Assembly: GCF_018977255.1 (NCBI RefSeq)
Contig: NW_024704743.1
Coordinates: 90,274,001-90,338,000 of the forward strand
Source: Callorhinchus milii
Lineage: Eukaryota
Direction of reading: 5' to 3'
DNA: 64,000 nucleotides
A program made the translations under genes and the position numbers. The notes beneath the pieces were generated by a model. The model was not told the origin of the DNA, made no database searches, and worked only from the letters and a program-made list of their open reading frames with translations. Positions 13,418 to 23,756 of the stretch are shown piece after piece (position 1 is the first letter of the stretch; every line of letters starts with the position of its first letter).

Positions 13418-13492
13418 TGTGGACAGAACATGCGTAACAGCATGGATTATTTCGCACAAACAACTCAGTGTGTTATGCATTTTCTGTCCATA
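13418..13492. repeat. 75-nt hairpin (tiny foldback or pre-miRNA-like)
   Basis: TGTGGACAGAACATGCGTAACA versus the reverse complement of the 3' arm, TATGGACAGAAAATGCATAACA (19 of 22 identical). Confidence 0.8.
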
Positions 13493-14063
13493 CAATACAT
13501 ACATCACAATTCATAGCAACAAGTAATCCTGTCATTTGATATAGCACCTTAATGCATCATTGAGATGTCTCAAAAAGCATTTACATCAGTAATTGAGCTT
13601 TAAGTTACAGGTTCAGGTTACAATATGAATAACTTTGGTAACCGATTGATCACCATACTTTATAGAAACACATCTTACAAAGTGTGCTAGTGCAAGTGAT
13701 CAGAAGCTGCAGTTGAGTTAGGGACATGCTATATAATGTGGTCTTGTGAGTTTCTGGAAGTTGTTATGTTGATACTGAGGCTGAAGATAATTATTGAATA
13801 CAGAAGTTGTGTACAGACATTCACAAAATCATTTGTAGTGGATCTGGCTTTGCAATCTTATGCAGGAGATTAGCTATTTGAAACATAATACCTAATAATC
13901 ATTGCATAGTGCCCACAATAACAAAATAAAAAGGGTTTTTTACACTACTGAGCATAAAGAATTGATATCTTGAGCACTATTATGCAATATGATTGTTGCG
14001 CACATGTACACTAGTTTGCAATTAAAATAGGGCTTCAAAATAGCTCATTGTTACATAAACCAT

Positions 14064-14151
14064 TAGGGGCGAAACTTGCAGGGTTTCATAACATATTCCT
14101 TGTAAGTATCACCAATAAGGAATATATCAAAAGGCTGCAAATTTCATCCTA
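14064..14151. repeat. 88-nt foldback hairpin (MITE-like)
   Basis: TAGGGGCGAAACTTGCAG...ATATTCCTT pairs with AAGGAATAT...CTGCAAATTTCATCCTA. Confidence 0.75.
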
Positions 14152-17100
14152 TCAAGTGATTTGTATTGTATAAAATTAAAATCAGCCTGTAATTAAAAAT
14201 ATAGAAGAAGCTATAGAGTTTATCTCGTGCACAATTCAGTGAATGGTAATTTAACACCAGCATGAATTGTTTACAGTCATCAGATTCAAATAAATCTCAC
14301 ACTCACTGTAGCATGCTTTTTTTTCTTTAAAATATAATAGAATTACAATGCATACCAGGTCCCACTGGTGAGGCAAAACACAATCTGACTTTATTACAGC
14401 AAGTGGAATATTACTTTGTAAATCACGACATTCTGTCTCATGTGTACACCAGAAAAACGATTCGAATTGCGTTACGATTTAAGAGTCTATTAAAGGAACT
14501 AATAAAGAATAAAAATGTAAATCCCAACCCTCATTGTCTGAAATTCAGAACAAAGTTGCAGGTGTGCTCCCCTTACTGCACTATTGACATCTGTCCATGT
14601 AACTGATCTATGTTTATCTCCTTCAAGTACAAAATATATGTGGATCCGTAATACAGACATAGCTTAAAGCAATATGCAAACAGTGAGGCGAGCACAATGT
14701 TGGAGAATTTGCTGGAGAAAACGCATTGACTACAAACTAAATTAATTAAACTTCACTTTTACAATACTTCTCATCACTTCTCTTTCCCTGGATAATATTT
14801 TGTTTACAAAAGGTGAAAAAACTCTCCCTCCATTGCGTTGTATTTGAATATTAAAGTAATAATTAGCATGAGGTAACTCAGGATTGTGAGAATAATATAT
14901 GTGTGGCCCTATGAGTCATGTATTATTGTACCATCAAAGTGATTTTTTTTATTGGACTATATCACCACCATTAAGAGTAGCACATGACCTGTCATCTCAA
15001 TGCTGCTGGTCCTCTGTTCCATTCACATTTTTGGACAAGGCAAATACAAATACAGAATAAAATTTGGAATGTTAAGATAAACTTGGAGAAAATATCATTT
15101 AACTATCTTTCAAAAATAACAAAACAAATTGATTCATCAACCACATTCAGATCGTCGAGCCACAATCAGTGTAATCTCGATACGGATTGGTTAATTTTTC
15201 CTCCATGAATGCAAGGTAGGTAGGTCCTGAATTGCTTTACATTTCACAACAAGGAGAGAGAAAAAAAATACTTACCCGTTGAATAAATAGACTACAGTTC
15301 AGGTCCTAGCGATACAGTACTTGAACAATTCATGAACCCAACCAGAAACAGCATGCATACCTAATTAATTAAACTTCACTTTTACAACACTTTTTTATAA
15401 TTAATGTTTAATTACTTAAACATACCTAATGCACGAGAACTCAAGTGGTTTGTAGAATGAGGTATTTATAGAGGTGTACTTTGAGATACACAAAATTCAA
15501 TCTGAGGCTAGCATTGGGATTGAAGTTCAAATAAAGAAGGTATTATGCAAACCATACCTGAGATTTGGACATATACCACCAGGTATTGGATTCATTCTTC
15601 TCAATGACTGGACTACACAATCTGCCCATTAGGCTGATCGAAAACAAAAAACACCCCATTCTCAACAAGCAGAATCTTGCACCTATTCCTCTTATCCTGC
15701 TGTTATACAAGCAATTGAATGCACAGTCCCTATTAAATCACCAAAAAGATGCACACATTTACTCCCAATATGCCACCATTGAATGCATACAGTACCTAAC
15801 ACATAACCCGCCAAACACTCAGGCATGCATCAGATTGTAAAAGATCAAATACAACACGGTGTCAAAGGAAACGATCATGGAAAAAAATAAGGAAACGTCA
15901 ACAGCAATTGAACAATACATTTAAAAAAGAAAGGACACCTACCTTTGCTTCTGCAATCTCTCCCAGCACAGACACCTACCATCTTTAGAGGCATGAAACA
16001 TCGACACCACAGAATAGAATGTGTGAACGACAAGATGCATTTTGTCCCCTATACAGGGATCTCTTCTTTAAAAGAACCAATGGAGCCAAAATGGGAACTT
16101 TTCCAAATATTCAAATTTTACTTCAATTCAGGTAAATACTTGTATGTTTGGGTATATTCCTAATGGATGGTATGGTGTGCAGAGAGGCTTAAGGTGACTT
16201 GTCCTCATTCAACTTGTGTAAACAACATTTTGTCTCAACATTCCACTTATCCTCAATAAATGTTTGTCCCAAGATATACAAAATGCTTTTAAGGCTCAGA
16301 TATCTTAGATTCCAATTCAACCTGAACAAAAGTATTGCAATTTTCCATTCTTGGATATCTCAGAACAATATTAATGTGGACATAAGTTCACAGTGAATAA
16401 CTGCCATCACAATTGGCACAAAGTATAAATCTATGTAGGTCAAAGTTGTATACCTTAAACATTTTCAATATCAGAATAAATTATTCACAAATGTATGTAC
16501 AAACATCAAGCATGGTTCTTAGATGCAAAGTGATACATCAAAATGGAGCAAATTATGTAAGAACCTATGGGTAATTGAGGGTGAGTGAAACATTTGGAAT
16601 AATTCCAGATACAGAAACACACATGCCTAATAATCACATTTTCCACCACAACATTCACCTCTTTAGAAGTATTCACAAGGTCAGCCCAGCTTTGTAAATA
16701 AACTCAAAGATTCAAGGGATTTGTGTGTGAAGTGTTCATAATGGCAACATTTGTTTGGGGACGAGGAGGGAAAGAAACAATTTGCAATTTGATGAAAACA
16801 GAGACTCATTTTGATCTTAATCCAATCTATTCAATGCATTGCAAGGATCTTAAACATTTTTCACACTTATTAACCAATTTAATCATTAACCAATTCACAG
16901 GTAATGTCAGTAATACTCTTTCTTGTTACTTGCCAACACAATGGTAACATTAGAATTTAAAAAGGTCAAAAAAAATATTTTCTACACCAAATGACATTTT
17001 AAGAGAATGCTAAATTAAAGGATGAAAATGCGTTTCATTGTTTTAAATGGTTAATAGCATTTGATTTTTCAAATTTAGAATTTGTTACATTTTAAGGCCA

Positions 17101-18168
17101 AATTAAGGCATGGAATTAGTTGGAAGCATTTGTTAGACTGATCACAAATAAGAGATAGCAAGAGACACCCCAGTCTAATATTCGCTGGTCACTAACCTTC
17201 GTGAACCCTCCATTCCATGCTTACATTGACAGTTCTCAACACGCACGGAATATAAAATTCTCCAACATTACTAAACAACGAGGAGCACACCCCAAGACGA
17301 CATATAAATGCAGTGATATTGGATAAGCTTAGCACCAAATTGTTGAGTGGCAGAGATATGAGCTGAAATATTGGGCAACACTGAATCAAAACACGTGGGA
17401 ATTCAGCAAAAATAGGTTAATTGCACATTGCAGACTATACAAGATGGAAAACGGATAAACATTTGAACTAGAATATCAAAGGATATGAGGAGTTAGCAGG
17501 CAATTGATATTTGAGGAAAGTATCAACTCTAGCATGGGTTTATGTTCCAAATGGCCCTGTTCTGTGCTGTAATTTCCAAGTATCTACATGTAGTGAGGTG
17601 CAAGAGTGTTGACCACTAGCCAAGTTGTGAAATAGATCACTTATCAATTATTTACAGGTAATGCAAGATAAAGTTGTTGGGTAACCCGGAATCTTGAGAA
17701 ATCAACCGTAGAATTGCTATTCAGATCAGAGCCTGGAAACCATTCCCCTAATAATTTCCTGGATAGACCAACTATATACAGAATTTTTTTAATTGGAGTG
17801 CTTTATCTCAGGCCGAAAGATCACAATATGGCACGCTAGGAGGGACCATATCCAACCCCACAAAATAAAAATGTCAATGATATGGCAAAGACTACAGTCA
17901 AGACTGCTCTGCTTCTCGGATGAAGGAAATGATTAACCAAAATTAACTTTAGTTGCTTAAAGCATCGGTCATCAAAATAAATTATGACCAATTTAAATTA
18001 TTGAAGCATGACTTTTTTTTCAAAGTACTGTAGGGTCCTTGAACTTTCATGACATTTCGGGAAACAAACATTATTGGGGAAGTATATGTTTTGTGTTTCA
18101 ATAATTAGCATAGACTACGTGCTCCTTTTTATCCTGTAAGAAAAATGTGTGTGGGGGGGTGGCGAAGG

Positions 18169-18387
18169 TGATCCTGTAGCTCAGTGGTTAGAGCACTCGC
18201 TTTGCAAGCGAGAGACCCGAGTTCAATTCCAGGCAGAGGGCGAAACCTTGGGCAAGTTTCCTTATTCCAGACGCCTAATAATAATCTCTCCAAAAAACAA
18301 AAAAAACGATAATAAATTGGTTATTTTCAATCTACGACTGTTTGTGGGACATTGCGCTATATCAAATGTAAGGATTATTATTATTAT
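18169..18387 (+). mobile_element. Young SINE, short subtype with internal deletion of the 3' body
   Basis: Intact head; the sequence jumps from GGGACATTGC to GCTATATCAAATG. Confidence 0.9.
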
Positions 18388-18719
18388 CCATCCTGAGTTC
18401 TAGAGAATTATTTCTCTATCACTTGTTTCAGAAATAAATCTGTGGTTATTTTTAACTAAAAAAGAATGTCTTCGTAAGTGTTGATATTCTAACCCTTGGT
18501 GATGACCTGGGCCAATAGAAATGTGCGGAAATATTTGTCTAAAAAATGCAGAGCACTTTACAAATTTTGGGAAACTTCTCCATTCCAGTGAAAGACATTT
18601 GAATCCCTTTTCCTTCCAAAAGGCAGTGGTACTCCTGTTTCCTTACCAAGTGACATTCCACATGTGTAATCCACGACAGCAAGTGCTGACTATTTGATTG
18701 TCACAAGATTGCAAGAGAG

Positions 18720-19060
18720 GTTTAGAGTAAGAAAACCCTTCAGCCCATTTGATCTCATTCTTCCAGAATACGTCACGTCGTAGTATCAGGTTTTTTTTAA
18801 ATGAGTCCAGTCAAACATGAGTCAAACACACATTCTGGTCATCTATTCCAGCCATGAATTACCTACCCTCTGAATAAAAAAATAGTGCCTGGTGTCTCTC
18901 CTGAAATTGCCTTTTGCGATCCTAAACATGTGTCCTCCTGTTCTGCTGTCTCAGTGCATTCAAAAGTATTCTGGCTTTATGTTTTCAATCCCATTTAAAA
19001 TGATATATACCTCTATAAGAGCCCCTCTGGGATGTCTCTTTTCAAACCATCTCAGGCAAT
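18720..19060 (-). mobile_element. Old CR1 3' fragment
   Basis: Minus ORF ...RGALIEVYIILNGIENIKPEYF resembles CR1 RGDLIEVYKILNG. Confidence 0.75.
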
Positions 19061-19985
19061 CCCCGGCTGGGATGCCTTTCCTTTCCTCAACCCCCAGTAC
19101 TGAGGAGAAACTTGGTACCTCAGTGATACCCCAGTCAAGTGCCTCTACCTCAGCACAAATAATCTGCATGGATCAGTTACTGATTTAAGGAACTATAATT
19201 TAGTTTATAAATTATATTTGTGATAAAATGTAATAAAGAGGGCACATTTGGAGCATTAGACTGTTTTAGAGACAAGAAAATCACTTAGCTTTATCGGATA
19301 ATTGACAGTTCAATTAATTAATTATTCAACAAAAAATAGCAGATGCATAGCAGAGATTGCACAAAAGTGATCTAATCAAAAGAATTCGGATGATGCATTA
19401 GGCTGGAGAATCAACACTTAAATAAATGGTTTAAATTTATATCTGAGTCCATCAATGAGATTATAGCCTTGTGATAATTCTAGGGCAGCTATTATAATAC
19501 ATACTGTGGATTTTATTTGCTGGCTATGTTCCATTTTTGGAAGAAACTGGGAATTTATTCACAAAGATATTAAAAAACAGAATTTCTTCACTAGAGTGCT
19601 TTGAAGTTAAAACAAGTGAATTTTGAACTGATCTATTAACATGCATGATTTATTAACTCTAATAATATTTGAGAACAATAATAGACGGTACACAAAATTA
19701 CATTGACAGCAGCTACATTTACAGCAATAAAATGCACGCCAAAGTATGATGGGCACATTACTGAAAAACAAACCTGAGAAATATTTTGAAGTTGGCTGCC
19801 TGAATATTCTAATCACCAGCATATATTTCAATGCAGCTACTGTGATCTTCATTGATTAAAATTCCCTTCACTAACGCTATTGAGTATCTAAAGTAATGAG
19901 AGAAAGGAAAAGGTGAAAGGAATTGGTAAAAAGTGAGAAATTTGGATCATGAGGATTATGAGGAGTTTTGATAAATGAGATTGAG

Positions 19986-20238
19986 AATGAGGTCTAATTT
20001 TGTGATATTCACAAACTGGATTCATTGTGTTAATCAATACGTCTGGTTTACGAATTTCACGATTGATGAAACGTGAATCCTAAGTCGCTAATTTTTAGAG
20101 AAAAAACAGAGTTTTGCTCGCAGGCCCTTTTCTGGACCTCAGTGACTTGGGATTTGCAATTTACAAAATCCACAAACCAGAAATCTCAAATAACCCAACA
20201 AATTCAGTTTGCGAAGGTGCCGTATTAGATCCCACATT
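19986..20238. repeat. Degenerate foldback (MITE-like), about 250 bp
   Basis: Successive motifs GGTCTAAT, CAAACTGGATT, TCTGGTTT and ATCCTAAGTC are mirrored in order by GACTTGGGAT, AAACCAGA, AATTCAGTTTG and ATTAGATCC. Confidence 0.7.
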
Positions 20239-20590
20239 GTACAAAAGGAGTTGACTTCTTGAATGAACAACGATCAACCTATGAACTAGAGGAATACTAT
20301 TGTTCTACTGTATATTCTAAGGTACACGAATAGAACATTGACCTGCTGTATTTTCTCATTTTTGTTGTGTGATAATTCTAAGAAGCCAATCAACAATAGT
20401 GAAAGGTAAAATTATATTCAGAGAAAGTAGTTATTTTACATAAAGTGCACACAGAGCGTACAAACAAGATACAATAGCTATACTCTATACTCTATATGTG
20501 ACCAGTTGTGAACTTGCAATGTCACATCCTGCCCGATTTGACAGAAATGTTAAAGCACCACATTCAAACTATATACAGCAGCTTACTTAC

Positions 20591-20677
20591 GCCTGGGATT
20601 CCTTCTCATTTTGTTGTTTTTGTTGTGGCTGAAGAACGTTATTTACCAGTTCAGTGATCCCACTAAAGGGAAGCCAC
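20591..20677 (-). CDS. RIMS2: RIMS2 87-nt alternatively spliced coding exon (splice site A, second exon); reads WLPFSGITELVNNVLQPQQKQQNEKESQ
   Basis: TTTAAACAG|GTGGCTTCCC...TCCCAGGC|GTAAGT, phase 2-2. The peptide is nearly identical to recalled mammalian RIM2 WFPFSGITELVNNVLQPQQKQPNEKEPQ. The two exons total 120 nt, a 40-aa insert. Confidence 0.95.
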
Positions 20678-21087
20678 CTGTTTAAATAAGCAAATAATGT
20701 GACTGAACAACGCAATAAAATCAATTAAATTTGGCGTTCAGTGTCTTTACACCTAACACACAGGCAAGGAATAAAAGCTTCAGCCAATGCGAATGAGGGT
20801 TGCAATCAGATCCAGCCAGTAAGGATGTCGGCTAATATTATATTAGCTTACATTTAACTAATCCAAATGCAGGGAGCAAAGGAAAGCTACAACCAGTCTG
20901 GATGTGGATGATGTAAGAAGCTGGAGGCAGCTCTCTTACAGCCAGTTAGGAAGCAAGATGATGCACTACAGTTGCAACCAACTTGGTATCAGGAAAAGCT
21001 AATACCCAGAAGGTGCAGAAAGCACAGGGGCAAAACACTGCAAGGTAAAAGTTTTCAAGCTCACTACATTCGGAGATTACTACTTAC

Positions 21088-21120
21088 TGTTGCTGTTGAG
21101 GTTTTTGTTCTTCTTTGACC
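21088..21120 (-). CDS. RIMS2: RIMS2 33-nt alternatively spliced coding exon (splice site A, first exon); reads xVKEEQKPQQQ(Q)
   Basis: Minus strand reads CTTGTTTTTTAG|GGTCAAAGAAGAACAAAAACCTCAACAGCAACA|GTAAGT, with canonical acceptor and donor, phase 2-2. The peptide resembles mammalian RIM2 VKEEHKAQPTQ as I recall it, and it splices in frame to the 87-nt exon. Confidence 0.9.
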
Positions 21121-21715
21121 CTAAAAAACAAGTTCATAGCTCAGTGCAGGATAAAGCAAAACTGAAAAACGATTTGATCTATAAATCAAATTGATAAAGG
21201 CTTGTTGAACTACCTACAAATACAGTCACTCCACTCCACAGTAAAATCCTGTGACTTTCTTTGAGGAGTTTCAATGAACTGATAAGGCACGATATCATAT
21301 ACAAGAATCATATTATTATTGACTACAGTTTTAACCAGGTAATAATGACATTGAAGTCTATCACGTACCTATAGCTAAAGGCAATATATCCCACATCCCA
21401 TGTTACCAATCTAGAATCAGTAATTCGCTGATCGACCCCATATAATTGGTCATAGGAAGAATCCAATTTTAGAATCAGTTCTGCAAATGAACTTTATCAA
21501 ACACCCCAGGGTCCAATTATTCCCTAATGCACTGTACCTGTGTTTCTTGCTCATGCCAAACAAAATTCACACTCACTGCAACAGCACCCTTCATTCAAAT
21601 AGAACTGGCAAATCTGAGAACTGCAATTTGCAGTCACACTCACCTAAACTGCTTCTGACATGACTGTCATGGATTTATGTTGTCTTAAAGGTGATTTTGT
21701 CACACCACTACCATT

Positions 21716-21961
21716 GGGGTAAAATTCTACCTAGGCCTAGATTTACTTTATTTATGTAGCATTTCATGGCATCCAGAATTTTGGCAAATTCTTAAATACA
21801 ACCTTAATTTTGAAGTTTTTTTTGTAGTTGCTTTCTGTAAAAAATCTGGCTTCAAAGTTGAGACTGAAATCAGCATTTTGCCAAATTTGGGGCACTCTGA
21901 AAAGTTAATAGAGTAAGTTGAGACCAAGTTGGAATTTTACTCCATAGAATTTTACTCCATA
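21716..21961. repeat. Degenerate foldback (MITE-like) with GGGGTAAAATT termini; right terminus tandemly duplicated
   Basis: GGGGTAAAATTC...GAATTTTACTCC termini; inner TTTGGCAAA/TTTGCCAAA and TTTGAAG/CTTCAAA pairs; 15-bp unit GAATTTTACTCCATA twice (21932-21961). Confidence 0.75.
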
Positions 21962-22224
21962 GGTTATTATACCAGGTAAATCCCTCAAACTATATACTCC
22001 TTTTAGAAATACAGCCCTTTTCACGCCATTATTTGTGTATTTTTGAAAAACACGTTATTAGTAAGGCAGGATTTTATATTAAACATAGTAACAACATTAA
22101 TCTATACTTAATGGGTCACAATGGTAATGTTCGTATTCCTAGACACATTTGATTCATTTGAAGAGTTATTGTAAAAATGAATTTTGCAATTCCTCCCCCC
22201 CACCCCTCCCCGAATAAAATATTT

Positions 22225-22438
22225 AATATTTAAAGCCCACCTAAAGAGGCAGGTGTGATCTTGGTTTAACATCTCAACCAAAGAACGGCACCTCCAACAA
22301 TGCAGCACCCCCACCCACCCAATTACTGCATAGAAGTGTCAGTCTAGACTATGTGAATTCTAAGTCCTGACATGGAGCTTGAACCCACTTCCTTCTAATT
22401 CAGAGGTGAGAGTGCTACCAACTGAGCCAGACTAACAC
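22225..22438 (-). mobile_element. DeuSINE 5' half
   Basis: Head TCTGGCTCAGTTGGTAGCACTCTCACCTCTGA...GGGTTCAAGC plus the start of the Deu domain. Confidence 0.85.
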
Positions 22439-23007
22439 CATAGTGTGTGAGGGAAGTATTATTGTTAAGTCACTCCACACTATTAAGTATTCTGAGATGT
22501 TATTAAGCATGATGGGTGCTATGTAAATGCAAGTTGTTGTTAAATTGCATTCTGTGTCGTATATTTTGGCAATTGACAGGTTCCATTCTAGGCCTCCTGG
22601 TCTGCGAGCTTGATACCTACACTAAATGATTAATCATTGTTAACTAATTCATCCTTAATCAATATTTAGCCAAATCCAAATGTTACACAAAAAAATCTGC
22701 ACAATCCCATCCAAAGACAAACTGGAAAGATATTGATGTAAAACTTCAACTCAGATCCAGATATTGGAAAAGTATAAACCTGGTACATGTTTACAGTATA
22801 TTACAGAAGAGCTTTGAGATGTCTCGAAGTCGTGATAAGACGCTATATCATATATCATAATGGTCTTAAGATCATTTGAAACCATGGAGTATTACAGCAT
22901 CCCAACTGTTCTACCCAGTTTACTGGACTTGGTGAACCTGTATCTTAGCTGGGCCAAAGTTGAAATATCTTGTACAGTTATAGTAATCATAATATTTTTT
23001 GCATTTA

Positions 23008-23383
23008 TGGAGTCCTGTAGCTGAGTGGTTAGAACACTTGCCCCGCAAGCGGGAGGACCTGGGTTTGATTCCCGGGCAGGGAAAAACGTTGAGCAGGCTT
23101 CTTTACTCTATACGCCTCTGTTTACCTAGCAGTAAGTAGGAACCTGATTGTTAATCGACTGGAGGATCTCTTTTTTGGACTAATAATCCCTTAAAAAATA
23201 ATAACAATAATTTGGTCACTCAATCCACGACTGTTTGTGGGACACTGCTGTGCGCAATTGGCTACCGCATTTCGCCTACAAAATATATAGTCAATATACT
23301 TTACTGTGTATTCTGTGAAGCGCTTTGAGACAACTCAAAGACATGATAAAGCGCTATAACAAATGCAAGAATTATTATTATTA
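23008..23383 (+). mobile_element. tRNA-derived SINE, long subtype
   Basis: Head, GCCTCTGTTTACCTAGCAGTAAGTAGG segment, Deu 3' part and tail. Confidence 0.95.
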
Positions 23384-23453
23384 GAATTAGTGTCCTATAA
23401 TGTCTTTGAAAAATTGTCTTAGCCACTACATTTCTACATAAGATATAATTATA

Positions 23454-23756
23454 GGAGTCCTGTAGCTCAGTAGTTAGAGCACTCACCTCACAAGCAAGAG
23501 ATCTGTGTTTGATTTCCGGCAAGGCAAAATCTTGGGCTATTTTCGTTATTCCACACATCTGATAATAATCCCTCAAGAAAAAAACCCAATAATAATTTGG
23601 TCACTCAATCCATGTCTGTTTGTGGGACACTGTTGTGGCTACTGGTTGCTACGTTTCGCCCACAAAGAATACAATCAATTCACTTTATAGTTTATTCTAT
23701 GAAGCGCTTTGAGACATCTAGAAGATGTGAAAAGCGCTAAATCAAATGCAAGGATT
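23454..23756 (+). mobile_element. tRNA-derived SINE, short-type, diverged
   Basis: Head GGAGTCCTGTAGCTCAG; lacks the middle segment; tail AAATGCAAGGATT. Confidence 0.9.

Noticed and set aside
15276..15360. Exon-like segment with strong CGG|GTAAGT donor
   Set aside because: The acceptor lacks a pyrimidine tract and there are stops in all three frames.
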